Below are positions 33,200 to 51,600 of a DNA stretch of 64,000 nt, piece by piece. Numbering within the stretch: the stretch's first letter is position 1; each line of letters opens with the position of its first letter. The notes beneath the pieces were generated by a model, which was not told where the DNA came from, made no database searches, and saw only the letters and a list, made by a program, of their open reading frames with translations. Source of the stretch: the human T2T-CHM13v2.0 reference genome, Homo sapiens; the NCBI RefSeq assembly GCF_009914755.1, contig NC_060948.1. One strand, 5' to 3'. The position numbers and the translations under genes are program-made.

Positions 33200-35100
33200 T
33201 CTTGATCTTTTTGGCTACTTCCTGCTGGAAAGTAGTGTTGTATAGGAAACAGCAGCTTCTGGGGCCAGTTTAAGGGTCCTCAGAAGAGAGGCACATCCAT
33301 ACATGGTCTCAATTGAATTATCCTTTGGAGCTCGATAGTTTTTAGGTGAGAGGGAATAATTCAAGTTATAGTAAGTATGCAAGCTCCAAACATTAACAGA
33401 AAACATAAAAAAGAGAGGTCCTAGTAGAAGAGCTAACCAGGTCCAAAATGAAGACGAATCCATTCAAAAGGGACTGTACCAACTGGAAACAGAGTTTTAG
33501 TTTGTCCTTAATTTGTTAATAATTGTAATTTGGTTTTGACGCATTTGTAAATTTTTCTTTTCCTGACTGGAACTGTTGACCCAGAAACAGTATGTTTTAT
33601 TTAAGACTGCACAGGCGCCCCCTACTTTAGTCATAAAGACATTAAGAGTTTGTTTATTTTGCTTTACACCAAGTCTAAAAAATGTAGGGATTATTGTTGG
33701 GCTTCTATGGCTGCTACAGTTGCTTTCCACCCTTGTACCATGACAGAAATATTAGGAACCGATATTTCAAAAAGGACATATCACCAAACTAAAATAGTCC
33801 TGTGGCTATTGCATGTCCTAGTTCTGTTTTTTTTTTTAACATTAAATCAAATTGTCACATGTATGTCCTTTTCAGTTTTCTGTTTTAGTTAAATTTTCAT
33901 ATGATAGCATAAGGATAAGTAATCTTTAGTTTTGCTGTGTGTAAGAGAATGCACTCTCTCTAAAAAAAAAATAAAAAAATGTATTAAAAAAATAAAAAAA
34001 TCCCAGATTGGGGATTTCACCCGGCAATGCTACCGTGATAGAGGGGTTTAAAAATAACAGAGTGGAAACCACTGCCACTATAGTGTATGTTCCTTTTTAG
34101 TGCCTGGGGAGGATTAAGTGTAGCCGGGAGTCAAAAATAAAGTCAAGTCCCATTCCCTGGAGAAATAGTTCTATGCTGTAGTTTAGGGAGATTTTAGCTG
34201 GATTTAGTTCAGGCCTTTAAGGTCACCTTCCCTACATTTAATGGGAGTATTCTCAAGATAAGTATATTTATACAAGTATAAGCATCCATGGTACCATTTT
34301 GAACTTTACGTGTTGGATGGAAAACTTTTTTGGCAAATATATATTTAAGATTATGAACACAATATGTCCTGGCTAGTATCTTAGATAACCCTTTTTACAG
34401 GGGTTATTGTTCCAGATATCCCCTGTCCATTCACAAATTTGCAGAGTACTACCATTATTAAATATTATACAAGAGTCTGGAATTTCATGTGTGGGCAAAT
34501 TTTGGAAAGACCATATGTTATTTATTACCTGATAATACAGTTGGCAGGGGGTGGCATTTTTGCCCAGGGTAGCAATTCCCAGTGAGAATTCCACCTGGGA
34601 AGTTTGGCTAGATTGTTAGAGAAATTTCCATAATCTAGCCCAATGTTTGCTATTACCCTTGTTTCTTCTTAGTCTCTAGATCACTGTGCTTTTAGCAATT
34701 ATAAGCATAGTGTTGCAATATTTAGTTTCCAAAGTCTGGTATTTTTCCTCTGCTCTTAAAGCACAGGGAGGTTTTTTTTAAAATTAGCTTAAGAACGTGA
34801 GTTTTACCTTTGGGGTGTGTGTCTTTTTGAGTGGAGTTAAAAATGCTTTCATACAATGTTTTATTTATACCTATTAAATCCTTAATTGTTAAATATAAAG
34901 CCTGCAGAGGAAACACTAAGATAGTGAGTCCCAGAGTATTAAAGAGTTATTTGGTGTTATTAAACTGAGAAAATGATTAAGGGCAAACTTAGCAATCAGC
35001 CTTGCTGTATAGATGAGCAATGGCTGATACTATGTGGTCCAAAGGATGTGAAGCATTACTACATCTAACAGTGAATGTTAGTAAATTTGGTAGTAACAAA
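33200..35100 (-). pseudogene. ERV env remnant
   Basis: TM segment QNKQTLNVFMTKVGGACAVLNKTYCFWVN = decayed immunosuppressive domain plus CX6CC; hydrophobic anchor WTWLALLLGPLFFMF. Confidence 0.85.
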
Positions 35101-36078
35101 ATCTTCATGTTTATTTTTATGTTGACTATTATACCTGCTATAAGAATAATGACTAAGCAAAAGATTATGGCAATTGAGACTCCTATCTGCTATTTCATTT
35201 AGAAGGTGCCACAGTATAAAGTCCTACTGCAAAAAGCAAAGTAAGCACCACAATTTCTGTAAGTATGATGTAATAAATTTCTATTTAAAATCTTAATTAC
35301 ATGGATATATAATTTCCTCTTGGGGGTCTTTGTGGTTACAAATGTAATCACGTGGATTGGTAGAATCTTACTACAAGTATACATTAAAGGAAAGTTTTAG
35401 TATTTGACAACACATCTCAAGAAAAAGGTAGAAATGACTAAATGTATCTGATAAGGTAAAGTTGATATTGAGCTGAACAGATAGTTCTTAGTAACTTAAT
35501 CATTTTTTGTAATTTTTGATGGAATTTTCTGGCTTTTTGAAACTAATATTTGAAATGCTTTTTTGGGCTGTCAGGGGTCATTCCCCCTGCATTCCAAGAC
35601 TTTATTCCAGTGTGATGAATCTATGAGTTGAGTCCCACAATCTTTACCACCGAGCAAGGGTGGAGAAAGATGGTGTGAGGTCCCTACCAGTTGGAACATA
35701 GAGAGTGAAAAAAAGGGAAAAGCCTTTGCAAGTATCAACTCTCCTGAGTTGAACAGAGGTGGCACTAGTTTTGGGGATTTTATTTTGATAGCTTTTTTAA
35801 TTTCTGCTAGAAGTAGGACAGGGAGATTACATATTTAAAAATATAGAAGTTTCTTGATATAAAGTTATTGGTAAGGAAAGGCTGTCCATACACTATTTTA
35901 AAAGGGCTCCACCCCAACCTTAAATGGGTGTTCTTTCCCCACATTAAGACTACAGGAAGGAGAGCAATTCAGGGGAAATGAGTTTTTTGAGAAACTTCCC
36001 TAAGTGTCTTTTAATGGTATCATGTTTTTTTTATCTTCCCTGAATACTGGTCTCCTAGCACAATAAAGGTCATATTGT

Positions 36079-38671
<2,593 letters not shown>

Positions 38672-41519
38672 TTAGTGCTTTTGGGACCCTCAGGGTAACA
38701 CCCACTTTAAATGAGGGGCTATTGTCACTTCGGAGGTATTTAGGTAGTCCAAAGTGTGAAATTATTTTATTGACTATTGTTTTTATCACCTTAGAGGCCT
38801 TTTCTGTTAGACATGGAAATGCTCTTACCTGGTTAGTGAAGGTATCCACCCACCCCAGGAGGTACTGAATCTCCTTTATCTTTGGCATATAGGGAAAAGC
38901 CATTTGGCAGTTATCCCTTGGACAACTTCCCATTTTTTGAGTTGCAGGGGGTGGGGGGAAAAAGCCAATTGTTGAAGGGATTGTTTTTGAGGCAGGTGTC
39001 ACAAGCATTAACAATGTGTTTGACTGTTTTGGTAGATTTTTACCTGAGGACAATCTCTGGGCAAGTTGATATTTTATCATTTCCCAACTGAGAAGATAAG
39101 GATCTTAAGAACTTTTCACTTACTGGATGATGGGAAGTAAGGTTTGCCATTCTCTGATTACAACCATCCTGAGGGCTAAAGAGTGTATAATCAAGGGGTA
39201 GCCCATATTTTCTTTGAAGGGGAATACTGAGGTTTTATTTTTCTCATGGAGCTCTCCCAAATTAGAGAAGCTTCAAGGGCACAGGTACCTTGGGTGTTGT
39301 TGCTGCTGACTTATCTGTATTTTGTTATCAGCTACTTTATCTATCCCCTTATGGTGTCCTTTGCAATGCAATGCTGCCACTTCCTACTGAAGGAAAACTG
39401 AGGACAACAATCTATTTAAATAGGAGACCCATTAACAGTCATAAAATGTCTTTCTTTCCAAATAGCGGCATGCGCATGGAGATCTATGAAAACATACTTG
39501 GAATCAGTATATGTCTTATCTGCCTTTCTTTTGCTTAGTTCAATTACCCTTATGAGGTCAATGAATTAAGCTAATTGAGCACTTGTACCTGATGAAGGAG
39601 ATGTGGTTTTAGTAAAGTTATTCAGGATGACTATTGCATACTCTGCCCTATGGGTTTCTCATTCTACAAAATAACTTCCATCTGTAAAAAGAGTACAGTC
39701 TGAGTTTTCTAGCAGAATTTCCCTGAGGTCTTCTGAGGCCTCATATGTTTGTATCACTATTTGTTCATAATCATGTTTATGTTCTCCAGTTTCCCTTCAG
39801 AAGAAAGTGACTGGGTTTAGGCAAAGACAGGTCTTCAGCTGAACTGCAGATCCTTCCAACAGCAAAGCTTAATATTTGAGGAGGTGATTATTTGTTAGCC
39901 AGAGAATTCCTTTAAAGGACAGCAGTCCTGCTACATTATGGGGGCATGTAAACAGCTAAGTCATTCCCCATGTCACCTCAGTAGCTTCTGGCACAAGCAA
40001 GGCCTCCACTAAAACTACAGTCGGGGCAAGCCAGCCATCCTTTAGTCCCCAGTTTAAATTCCTTGTTTAGGTAATCAACTGACTGCTGGCTGGACCTTAG
40101 GCTGATGTAAAACTGTCATGGCTATCCCCTTTCCTTCTGAGACAAAGATAAAATGCATTCTTTATAGGAAGAGTGAGGACAATTACTTTAAATAAGGCTT
40201 GCTTTCAATGATTGAAAGCATTTTGAGCCTTGTTTCCAAATTAGGGAGTTTTAGCTGCTTGAGTTTCTTTCATAAGGTGTTATTAACAGCAGTTATTTTA
40301 CTATACCCAAGTATCCACAATCTATGGAAAACTGTAATGCCCCAAAATTCTTTTAGCTGTTTCATGGTTTGGGGAAGGAGAAAAAACTCTATAGGCTTAC
40401 TAGTCTTTTTTCCCCAATATTTTGTTCCCTTCTGACAAAATTAGACCTAAGTACCTTAGATTTTACTGAAGTTTGTCAGAGGTAAGGTTCAGATTTAGAA
40501 ATTTTTTACCTTGTATATGCTAGAAAATTAAGAAGAACCTCAATACCTTCTTAAAAAAGACCCACAGCTGGAGCACAGAGGAAAATATTATTTACATATT
40601 GTGAAAGTTTAATCTAAGAATAACAGAACTTAGAAAGTCTTTTGATAATGCTTCCCCAAACAAGTGGGGGTTGTCTCAGAACCCTTGATGCAGTACTGTC
40701 CACATTAACTGGGTAGACTGGCTGCAGGGATCCTCCAAAGCAAACAAGTATGGGGTGTCAAGGTGCAATGGTATGCAGAAAAAAGCCTTTTTAAGGTCCA
40801 AAATTGTGAACCATTTAGTTCCCTCAGGTATTTGAGTTAGCAAAATATAAGAATTAGAAACTATCAGATAGATCGAAACTACAGCTTTATTAATGAGATG
40901 AAGTCTTAAACTAGCCTTCATTCTCCACTGGGTTTCTGTATCTCTAATATTGGGATGTTGCAAGAGCTGTTGCAAAGTCTGAGAATGTACTATTATTTTA
41001 AATTATTAATAATGGCTTGTAGTTCTTTTCTAGCTTCTGGCTATAGAAGGATACTGCTTCTGCTTAGGAAAAGAAGTGATGACTTTACAGTGAATCTGGA
41101 CTGGAGTGGCTGTAGCCCAGCCTCTTTAACATTGTTTTTTACTAAAAAAGAGACAAAGAGTCTGTACGGGAGCTATAAATACGATGGCTTCCATACAAGC
41201 TAGAATATCTCTACATATTTAAGGAGTCAGACTCTCAGGCATAATTAAAAACACATGAGTAAATAACAAGTCTCCCCAGCTACAACTAAGAGACTGTGAA
41301 AAATATCAGGTTAAGAACTTTCCAAAGATGCCTACCAGGGTTGTGACATGAGAGAAGGGGAGGCCTGGATTGACAAAGAATGCAAAGAGACTGGCTCCTG
41401 ATTCCAGGTTCCAAAAGGAAGTCTACCTTTCTCTCTTTTACCTCCAAAATTACCCGGAGCTTCTGGAGAGTGATGGCAGTTTGAGCCACTAAAGCTGGGA
41501 AATTGAGCACTAGGACCCT

Positions 41520-43057
41520 GTAATCCTGCTGAATTATTTTGGAGACTGGGTCTAGACCTTGTGAGCTACATATCAAAGGAAAATTTGACTTCTAGTAGTC
41601 TTTACCACTGGCTGGACAGGGTTGAGGTGGCTTATTCCTGCTATCTGGAAAATCCATTTTGAAGTGTCCTTGTTTGCCACATTGGTAGCAGTTAGAAGAC
41701 GCAACTCAGGGATTCTGAATTTTATATTCCTGTAATGTGGCCACTAGAGCCTCTCGTTTTTGTTGTATTTTCTCACTTTCTCCTGGGCCTCCTCCCAGTC
41801 TCTGCTGTATGAGACCAAAGTAGCCCCTTTCTAGAGATTATCTAGAGAGCTATCTGGACCTATGACCAGTTTCTTCAACATCTTTTTGATATAAGAAGCT
41901 GGTTGTATAATAAACTTGTTTTTTTTTAAATTAATTGTCTCTCAACTAAATTAGGATATAGATAGGTGTGTTTTACTAATGCCTGTCTCAGCCTTTCTAT
42001 AAAGGCTACGGAGTTTTTCCATCTGATTTTTTGATTTATTATGAAGAGCTTATATTAATTAAGAGGTTTGATCCTGGAAGGCCTTTTCAAGCCTTCCAGT
42101 ATGCATATCAGATAATTCTTTTCCATTCATTTATAGAAATATTGGGATTCCAATTGGGATTTTCAAGGGGTATTGCATCCTTTCCTATTGGGAATGAAAA
42201 TTTTGCTACCTTCTCACCCTCTTCTTTCATTAGAAGAAATTTTGCTACCTTCTCACCCTCCCTTCTGCTAGATTTTTCCCTTGCAAACTTTTAGACAAAC
42301 TCTAGGGGATGTGTTGTTCATCTCCAAATGTTTCTGCTGCCTGTAAACCTGCCTGCTTTTCTGCAACAGTTAGGTTTGACTTAAAAGTATTATAGCATTT
42401 TTCTACATAAGATTAAACACTTGGGTTAAATTTTGGCAAGCCTGTATATATCCATCAGCATCATTAGAAAACTTGCCCAGGTTCCCCTTTATTTATCTAT
42501 AATCCTTCAATAAGAATGGAACACAAATCCTAAAGCACTATGGACATGTGACATTTTCTGCTATGGCAAGAGTTAAAGAGGGAATTTCTTAAGTGACACA
42601 ACTGGGGCAGCTAATAATTTGGTTATTAAGATCCCAGAATAAGTGAGACAGGGCACCCTGAAATTCCATTTGGGGTTCCCTGAGGGTTTGTCTCTTTGAC
42701 TTTGGGGAACTGTCCTTTCTAGGCTTCCCTTACATGGTTGCAAAAAGGTCAGGGTTAACTGTACAATGATTACAAACATTGAGTTGTTTCACAGGACAAT
42801 GTAAGCCTGTACATAGGGAAGCTCAGACCATTTTCCCTACCACCTAGAGAAAATATCTAGTTGTTAAATAATATAGAAATCAAGACTTCCTTTAGAAGGC
42901 TAAGTTTATTCATTTCCAATATGGTAATATTGTTTTATAAGCCTTATGGGCAATAGAATATAAGCGATTTTATTTTCAGGATTTTAGGTCCAAAGGAGTT
43001 TCAGGGATTCAGAATGCAGTCAAGGGGAGTACAGACTGCAAATGGTTTATTACCCAA
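41520..43057 (-). pseudogene. ERV gag remnant
   Basis: GNKPFAVCTPLDCILN N-terminus; zinc-knuckle remnant CYQCGKQGHF at ~41660-41690. Confidence 0.82.
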
Positions 43058-43698
43058 CTAAAAAAAGAGGAAAAAACAATGAGTTTATCAATACTCTTCC
43101 TTCTACTGGTGTCCCCCAGAGTGAAGAAAGAGAGAAAGTGCATTTCCCTTCTCCTCCTTCTCCCTCTCCTGTGGGTCCTGGTGACTGTCATGAATGCTGT
43201 CCTATGAATGCAAGTGTGACCTTCACCCAAGAACCCAGAGGAGCTGGTAGGCAAGACTAGTCATGCCCATCTGCATAAGCCCTTGGTTTTCTGCCCTACT
43301 GGAATCTTAGACCCACTCAGCCCAAAAGGCTTCTAAGGTACTCCACACGCCTGGAAGAGATAATGTAGTATTTGGACTCTGGCAATACTTTTTTAATGAA
43401 GGAAGTGTTTTAATACCATCCCTGCTATGGTACCGGTTAAAAATCAGAATCCCACAAAATAGGAGGGACTAACTTCCAAACGTAAATTTTCTTTTATGTT
43501 TACATCCCAAAGTAGTCGAATGCAGAATGGGTGCTTCAAAAAAAGCATACAAATTAAATAGCTTCCCTTCCATTGATGACATCATTATTGAAGCAAAGTC
43601 TGTCTTTTCAGGATGGCTTTCTCTCGGCTGTTGAAAGTAGAGTTTTCTTGTCTACAAATAGGAGATGGGCCTGATTACCGATAGACAAAAGTAAAAGG

Positions 43699-44005
43699 GG
43701 CTGGGCATGATGGCTCATGCCTGTAATCCCAGCACTTTGGGAGGCCGAGGCTGGTGGATCACCAGAGGTCCAGAGTTCAAGACTAGCCTGAACAGCATGG
43801 AGAAACCCCATCTCTACTAAAAATACAAACAAAATTAGCCAGGTGAGGTGGCACATGCCTGTAATCCCAGCTACTCAGGAGGCTGAGGCAGGAAAATCAC
43901 TTACACCTGGGAGATGGAGGTTGCACTGAGCCAAGATTATGCCACTGCACCCAGCCTGGGCAACAAAAGTGAAATTCCATCTCGGAAAAAAGAAAAAAAG
44001 AAAAA
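43699..44005 (+). mobile_element. Alu (AluSx/Sp-like) in ERV leader
   Basis: Canonical dimer; TSD aaaagtaaaagg on both sides. Confidence 0.95.
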
Positions 44006-44196
44006 AAAAGTAAAAGGAAAAAGGAATTGGGAAACTAGTCGTTTGTGGTAGAGTGCTGACAAGACTCCACATGGAGAAAAATTTCACTCCACTAGGTGGT
44101 GATGTAGGGTTAGATATGTGAGATAAAACTCTGACTTCAAATTCTTTTCAGGAAAAAGTTTGAAAGAGAGGTTTGGGGTTTAATAGGCTTTCCCAT

Positions 44197-44407
44197 AGCA
44201 TGCTCCCCAGAATAAGAAAATTAATTTATCTCATATAGAAACTTTAGATTCATTGGACTATGCTGGAAGCATCCTCCTCAGAATAAGAAAATTAATTTAT
44301 CTCATATAGAAACTAGATTCATTGGATTGTGCTGGAAGCATCCTCCCCAGAATAAGAAAATTAATTTATCTCATATAGAATCTTTAGATTCATTGGATTG
44401 TGCTGGA
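44197..44407. repeat. ~70-bp tandem triplication inside the ERV leader
   Basis: Units at 44197, 44268, 44337 (agcatcctccccagaataagaaaattaatttatctcatatag...tgctgga). Confidence 0.92.
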
Positions 44408-44990
44408 CTCTTATACAGAATAAAAAACAATACAAATAGAAGAATATTCACTCAGGAAGAACTATTATCCCACATGGTGCCATGAGTGTCTATTATTAAG
44501 GGATAGAAGGGTCCTTATAAGGTAAGAATTTAGATGGAAATTTGAATCCCTTTGTTTCTAGGAAACCACAAAAATAACAATTTTTTTGAATTACATTTGT
44601 AATTATTAAGACACTGACTAACTCTACCCAGCAGGATTATATCCCTAGCTTGCAAAAACACTCACAACACTGAATACAAAATAGGGATTAGAGACAAGAT
44701 ATCCACAAGAAAAAAAAGAATATGTGACGAGAAAAGACTAGAAGTTTTTTTGCTGACACCCTGATGGGCTGTTGGGAGCTAGATGTTAGTCCAAAGACCC
44801 TCAGGTAACACCAAGATATAGCCCCAGCTGGAAATCTTCAGTTGGCCTAGAACCTCCTTTCAATCCCACATCATGGCTAGGCCCTCTGTGAAAGGAAACT
44901 GGATTGGAATAGACAAGAAGCCTCAGAAATGAAAGTAAAGGGTTAAAGTTAAAAATATGCTTTTATTCAACTTTCTGATGAATTCTTTTA

Positions 44991-45008
44991 TTCTCGATCA
45001 ATGTACCA
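44991..45008 (-). promoter_or_regulatory. Primer-binding site, tRNA-Gly-like (degenerate)
   Basis: Reverse complement TGGTACATTGATCGAGAA, 14/18 to the Gly PBS, after LTR end ...gagactgcaaca. Confidence 0.7.
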
Positions 45009-45658
45009 AAATATGTTGCAGTCTCACCAATGCACCAAGATTTAGCAGTCTTTCATTGTTTGAGATAATCGTCAGAGTTTTTTTTTTAATCCAAGACAAT
45101 AAAGGAGTGCAGGCAAAAGGATAACGTAGAAGCAGAAGTTTAATAAGCAAAAAGAGAAAACTTTTTGTGAGCAGTGGCTGAGGCCTGAATTGGTTTCCCA
45201 CTATGAGGCCAGTTCTAGGATTTTTATAGACTGGAAAGGATAAGGAATGTGCTTAGTCTTGGATAACAGCTTGGCCTGGGACCCTGGTCTGAAGCCAACT
45301 GGAGAGCTTGGCCCAGTGCCAATCAGGGTCTAAAGTGATAATTCACAGAGGCCAGAATTGCTGTCCACAAAAGAAAATAAAACTACCCAGTGGAACCTGC
45401 TGGAACCATCATGCCCATGTCCACAAAAAGAGAAAAAAAAAATGTCCTGATCATGCTGACTCCACAAAAATAGGATTTTTATGCCATGCCTTCTTCACTT
45501 ACCTTAGTGAGCCTAAGGTTTGCATAAGTTCTTATCCAAATGGGCCAGAGGTTCTGTTTTTTTTTGTGTGTGCCAGCCACAAACATGTCTCCAGGCACAG
45601 CACCCTGTGCTAGTTTTCTTATCTGTGCCTTCAGCTTGATTTGTTTTTTCCAGGCTGC

Positions 45659-45965
45659 TTTTTTTTTTTTTTTTTTTTTTTTGTGAGATGGGAGTCTCGC
45701 TCTGTGTCCAGGCTGGAGTGCAGCGGCGTGATTCTCGGCTCACTAAAATCTCCGACTCCCTGGTTCAAGCAATTCTCCTGCCTCAGCTTCCCGAGTAGCT
45801 GGGATTACAGGCAGGCGACAACACGCCCAGCTAATTTTTGTATTTTTAGTAGAGACAAGGTTTCACCATGTTAGCCAGGATGATTTTGATATCCTGACCT
45901 CGTGATCTGCCCTCCTCAGCTTCCCAAAGTGTGGGGATTACAGGCCTGAGCCACCACACCCAGCT
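45659..45965 (-). mobile_element. Alu (AluSc/Sg-like) inserted in the ERV 5' LTR
   Basis: Long T tract; TSD-like ccaggct(g/c)ctttt flanks. Confidence 0.95.
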
Positions 45966-46075
45966 CCAGGCTCCTTTTATGTTTTATGGAAATGAGGCAC
46001 TGACATTCCCTGCTCTGGAGGATCTCTGGGGACCCTTTTCTTTCTATATAACTAAGGCCAGCTAACTATTTTCAT

Positions 46076-47240
<1,165 letters not shown>

Positions 47241-48669
47241 CCTTGCAGAGGTAACATTATTTATGAAAATCAATTTTAAATAACGATAAATAATATTGAA
47301 AAAATAACTATGCTCTTTTATTTACAAGTGGAGAGTTCAGCATTTACAACAGAGTATCTAGAGCTCTCATTTCTTTGGACTGTTGCTTGGCACACTACCA
47401 ATCACAGTAATACAGTTATAACTCAACAGTTGCGAGGGCCATGTGGATTCCATAGGGTTTCACTTTTTCTTTTGCTTCTAACTACTACACACAAACACAC
47501 ACACACACACACAGACACACAAATTGGTGATGTGTCAGACATGGTACATAGTGAGTAAACTTGTGTTTAACTCAGTAAATGTTTGTGTATATTGTGCAAT
47601 AACATGATAACTGTTCACAGAATATAAAATACAGGGTGACCTCAGCAATATGGTGGAAAAAGTGGTCACCCATTTATATCCCCTGACGACAATGATTCTG
47701 TACCCATCCATACAAAGAAGTATCTTTCTTGCTCTGTGGGAGTCTTGGGATTCAAGTAGGTGGTTGTGAAACTCTGGTGGAGCCCAAGGCCTAAAAACGG
47801 AGATATTGGGAGTGCAGACATATACCCGTGTGGCAGATTATTCATTCTAATTTATTCTATTTATTCCAATTTATTGTAATCCGAATGGCTACTTTGGCTC
47901 AGCTACAGCCTTATATGTTCTTGACACTGTGACTGAAACCATAGGTCAAGAAAGGGTCACATGAACTAGAGCGTAGGCAAAAAGATTTTTCTGTATCCCT
48001 ACCTTTGTCTTGGCAGTAAACCCAAATATCATTCTATAACTTGACTGCAAATTCTTTCTCCACCGTGATCCTAGCTTAATAGTGCTCACATAAGGACCCA
48101 AAGGGAAATGCCCATCTGTGCCATCAGAACAAGCTAGCCTTTCTTTATGCCACAACAGTTTCTGTTGGGATGATGCTATTATGGCTCCAGACCCCTCTGC
48201 TACAGTCACATAGTTACTGTCATTTTTGAAAATGGCTATGAGATGTACCTGGATAGTCTTGCAGTTCTGTCACCATGCGTACTCACAATGGTACACAGTG
48301 AGTAAATTTATTAAAGTTTGGGCAATTTTGTGGCACACAGAGATATTATCTAGTAGTGTCTCTGCAGATAACACTCTATACTAGACCCCACTGTGAATCT
48401 TGAATGAAGTCTGTAAATTAGCTGCAGGTATTCTTACCTTCAACGTGAGAGTGGTCCCGTTAATACTGGTACCCACCAGAAGGCAGTTTATTCCATGACA
48501 TGTGCAGCTAGCTTAGACTTATCAGCCTTTGCTATAAACAAAACAAAACTTTGTATTTCAAGTCAAGACTATCTCAGCCATAGACTGAAGTAGTGTGGTT
48601 ATCCTGGGGACTTATTCAAACTTAAATAAAGCCCTTCTAGAAATCCAAACTAAGCCACATCTGTCAGTG

Positions 48670-51600
48670 AACTCAAAACAGAGCTACTTTCTGCAAACCT
48701 AAAGATGAGTCCAGACTTGAACTTTGAAGTAATTGTGGGGTAAAGGGATCCCTAATACAGCATGGCTGCTCTACCAAAAAGCAGCAAAACTGCTTCTTTA
48801 AGTAGGTCCCTGATTCTATTCCACCCAATAGGGTAAGACCTTCCAAGTAGAATCCCCAGCCACTTTCTACAGCCAAGTTTGAGTGGGTAACAAACCAATA
48901 CCCATCTGGGGTAAAACTCCTGGAAGAAGGGGCATGTTGGCATCTTTGTTGTTTTTCAGTCTTCACAGGTGATACCTCTAAGTACAGAAAATCTCACACA
49001 ACTAGAGTCTGAAGAAGACCTCTAGCAAACTTCAGCAGCCCTCAGAAAGAGTGGTGAAACTGTTAAAAGAAAAACAAACAAACAGAAAACAACAATAATA
49101 AAACCACGTCCAAAAATCAGCAATGTCATTGTAGGTAGATAAGCCCACAAAGATGGGAAAAAGAGCAACACAAAAATGAAGAAACTCAAAAAGTCACAGT
49201 GTTTATTTTTCTCCAAATGACAACAACACATCTTCAGCAAGGGTCAGAACTGTAATGAGTGTGAGATGGCTGAATCAAAAAAAGTAGGCTTCAGAATGTA
49301 AATAAAAATAAACTTTGCTTAGCAAAAGGAATATAGTGTAACCCAATGCAAAGAAGCTAAGAATTATAATATAACAAAACAGGAGCTAACAACTAAAACA
49401 TCAGATCTAGAAAGAAATATAACCGACCTGATTAAGCTGAAAAGCATACTAAAAAATCTTTACAATGCAATCACAAGTATTATAGTATTAGTAGAAATAT
49501 TAAAATAATAGACTGAGTAGAGAAAAGAATGTCAGAGCTTAAAGAATACCTTTATGAAATAAGACAGGCAGAATATATACAGAGAAAATAATTAAAAAGA
49601 ACAAAACTTCTTAGAAATATTAAATTATCTAAAGTGAACAAATGTAGAACTGATTAAGGTATCTGAAAGAGTGGAGAATGAAACCAATTTGGATAACATA
49701 CTTCAGGATATTTCACAGTAGGAGTTCCCCAACCTAGCAAAGTAGGCTAACGTTCAAATTGAGAAAATGCAGAAGACCCCAGAAAGATACTCCATGAGAA
49801 GACAAGGTTCAATACATACAATCATCAGATATTCAAAGATAAAAATGAAAAAGAAAATGTTAAAAGCCACCAGAGTGAAAGACCAGGTCACCTACATAGG
49901 GAAGACCATCACACACAGCAAGCCTCTCAGCAGAAACCTTACAAGCCAGAAGAGATTAGGGGCCAATATTCAACATGCTTTAAAAAGAAATGAACCTAGA
50001 ATTTTACATCTGGCCAAATGAAGCTTCATAAGTGAAGGAGAAAATAAGATTCCCTTCAGACAAGCAAATGCTGAGAGAATTGGTAAGCATCAGACCTGAT
50101 TTATGAGAGCCCCTAAACAAAACACTAATTGTGGAAAAAAAATTACCAACCACTACAAAAGACACTAAGTGAACACAACAGGGACACCATAAAACAGCCT
50201 CATAAACAACTCTGCAAAATAAAAAGTGAGCATAATTATAACAGAATAAAATTTACGCATAACAATACTAACCTTAAATGTAAATGAGTTATCTGCCCCA
50301 ATTTAAAAACCCAACATGGCAGGTTGAATAAAAAACCAAAATCCATTAGTATGCTGTCTTCAAGAAACCTGTTTTATAGGCAAAGACACATATAGGCTGA
50401 AAATAAAAAAATAGAGAAAAATTTACCAACCAATTGGAAAACAGAAAAAAAAAAACAGGGGTTGCAATCCTAGTTTGTTTAAAAGTTGCTTCAACTTTAA
50501 ACTAATAAAGACTTAAAAAAAAACACACACACATACACAAAGAAGGGCATTACATAATGTTGAAAAGTTAAATTCAACAAGCAAAGTTAACTATTCTAAA
50601 TATATATGCTCACACTACAGAAGGACTCACATTTATAAAACACGTTGTTAGAGATCTTCAAAGAGACTTAGACTCTAACTCAATAAGTGTGAGACCTTAA
50701 CATCCCATGGAACATATGAGAGAGATCATTGAGACAGAAAATTATCAACAATATTTAGGACATGAACTCAGTCCTAAATCAACTGTACCTAAGAGATATC
50801 TTAGGAACTCTGAATATACATTCTTATCATAACCACATGGAACTTACTCTAAAATTAGTTACCTAATCAGAAGTAAAATAGTTTTCAGCAGATGCAAAAA
50901 GACTGAAATTATAACAAATAGTCTCTCAGAGGACAATTACAGAGTGCAACAGCCACTACAGAACACCAAACAGGTTGGCGCATAAGTAATTACGTTTTTT
51001 TCATTGTTGAAATTTGTTGTTTGATACCAGAATTTATTATTTAATAAATGTGGTTATCATTATCATGCGCATTTCACTTTGTGTTTCTTTGTTACTTATT
51101 ACTTGATGTTTATTTTAGACTATGCAAATAATGTTACACAAAAAACAAATTTGAGGAATTTTCTTATTCAAGTTCAAAATGGGTCACAAAGCAGTAGAGA
51201 AATTTTGTAACATTAACAATGCATTTGCCCCAGCAACTGCTAATGACCGTACAGAGCAGTGGTTGTTTGAGAAGTTTTGTAGAGGAGACTAGGGCCTTAA
51301 AGATGAGAAGTGAAGTGGCCAGCCATCAGAAGTTTACAATGACCAATTCAAAACTATTATTGAAGCTGATCCTCTTACAACTTCATAAGAAGCCACTACA
51401 GCCACTACTAAACACACTGAAGTAAACAGAACAGTGAGTTGCCAAGAACTCAATGTCAACCATTCTATAGTAATTTGGCACTTAAAGCAAATTGGAAAGG
51501 TGAGAAAGCTCTGTAAGTGGGTGACTCATGAACTATTTAAAAGGGAATTTTTAAGTGTCATCTTCTCTTATTCTACAAAACAACCATTTCTCAATTAAGT

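Noticed and set aside
33200-35100. Syncytin-like co-opted env
   Set aside because: Multiple stops and frameshifts, degenerate immunosuppressive domain and CX6CC
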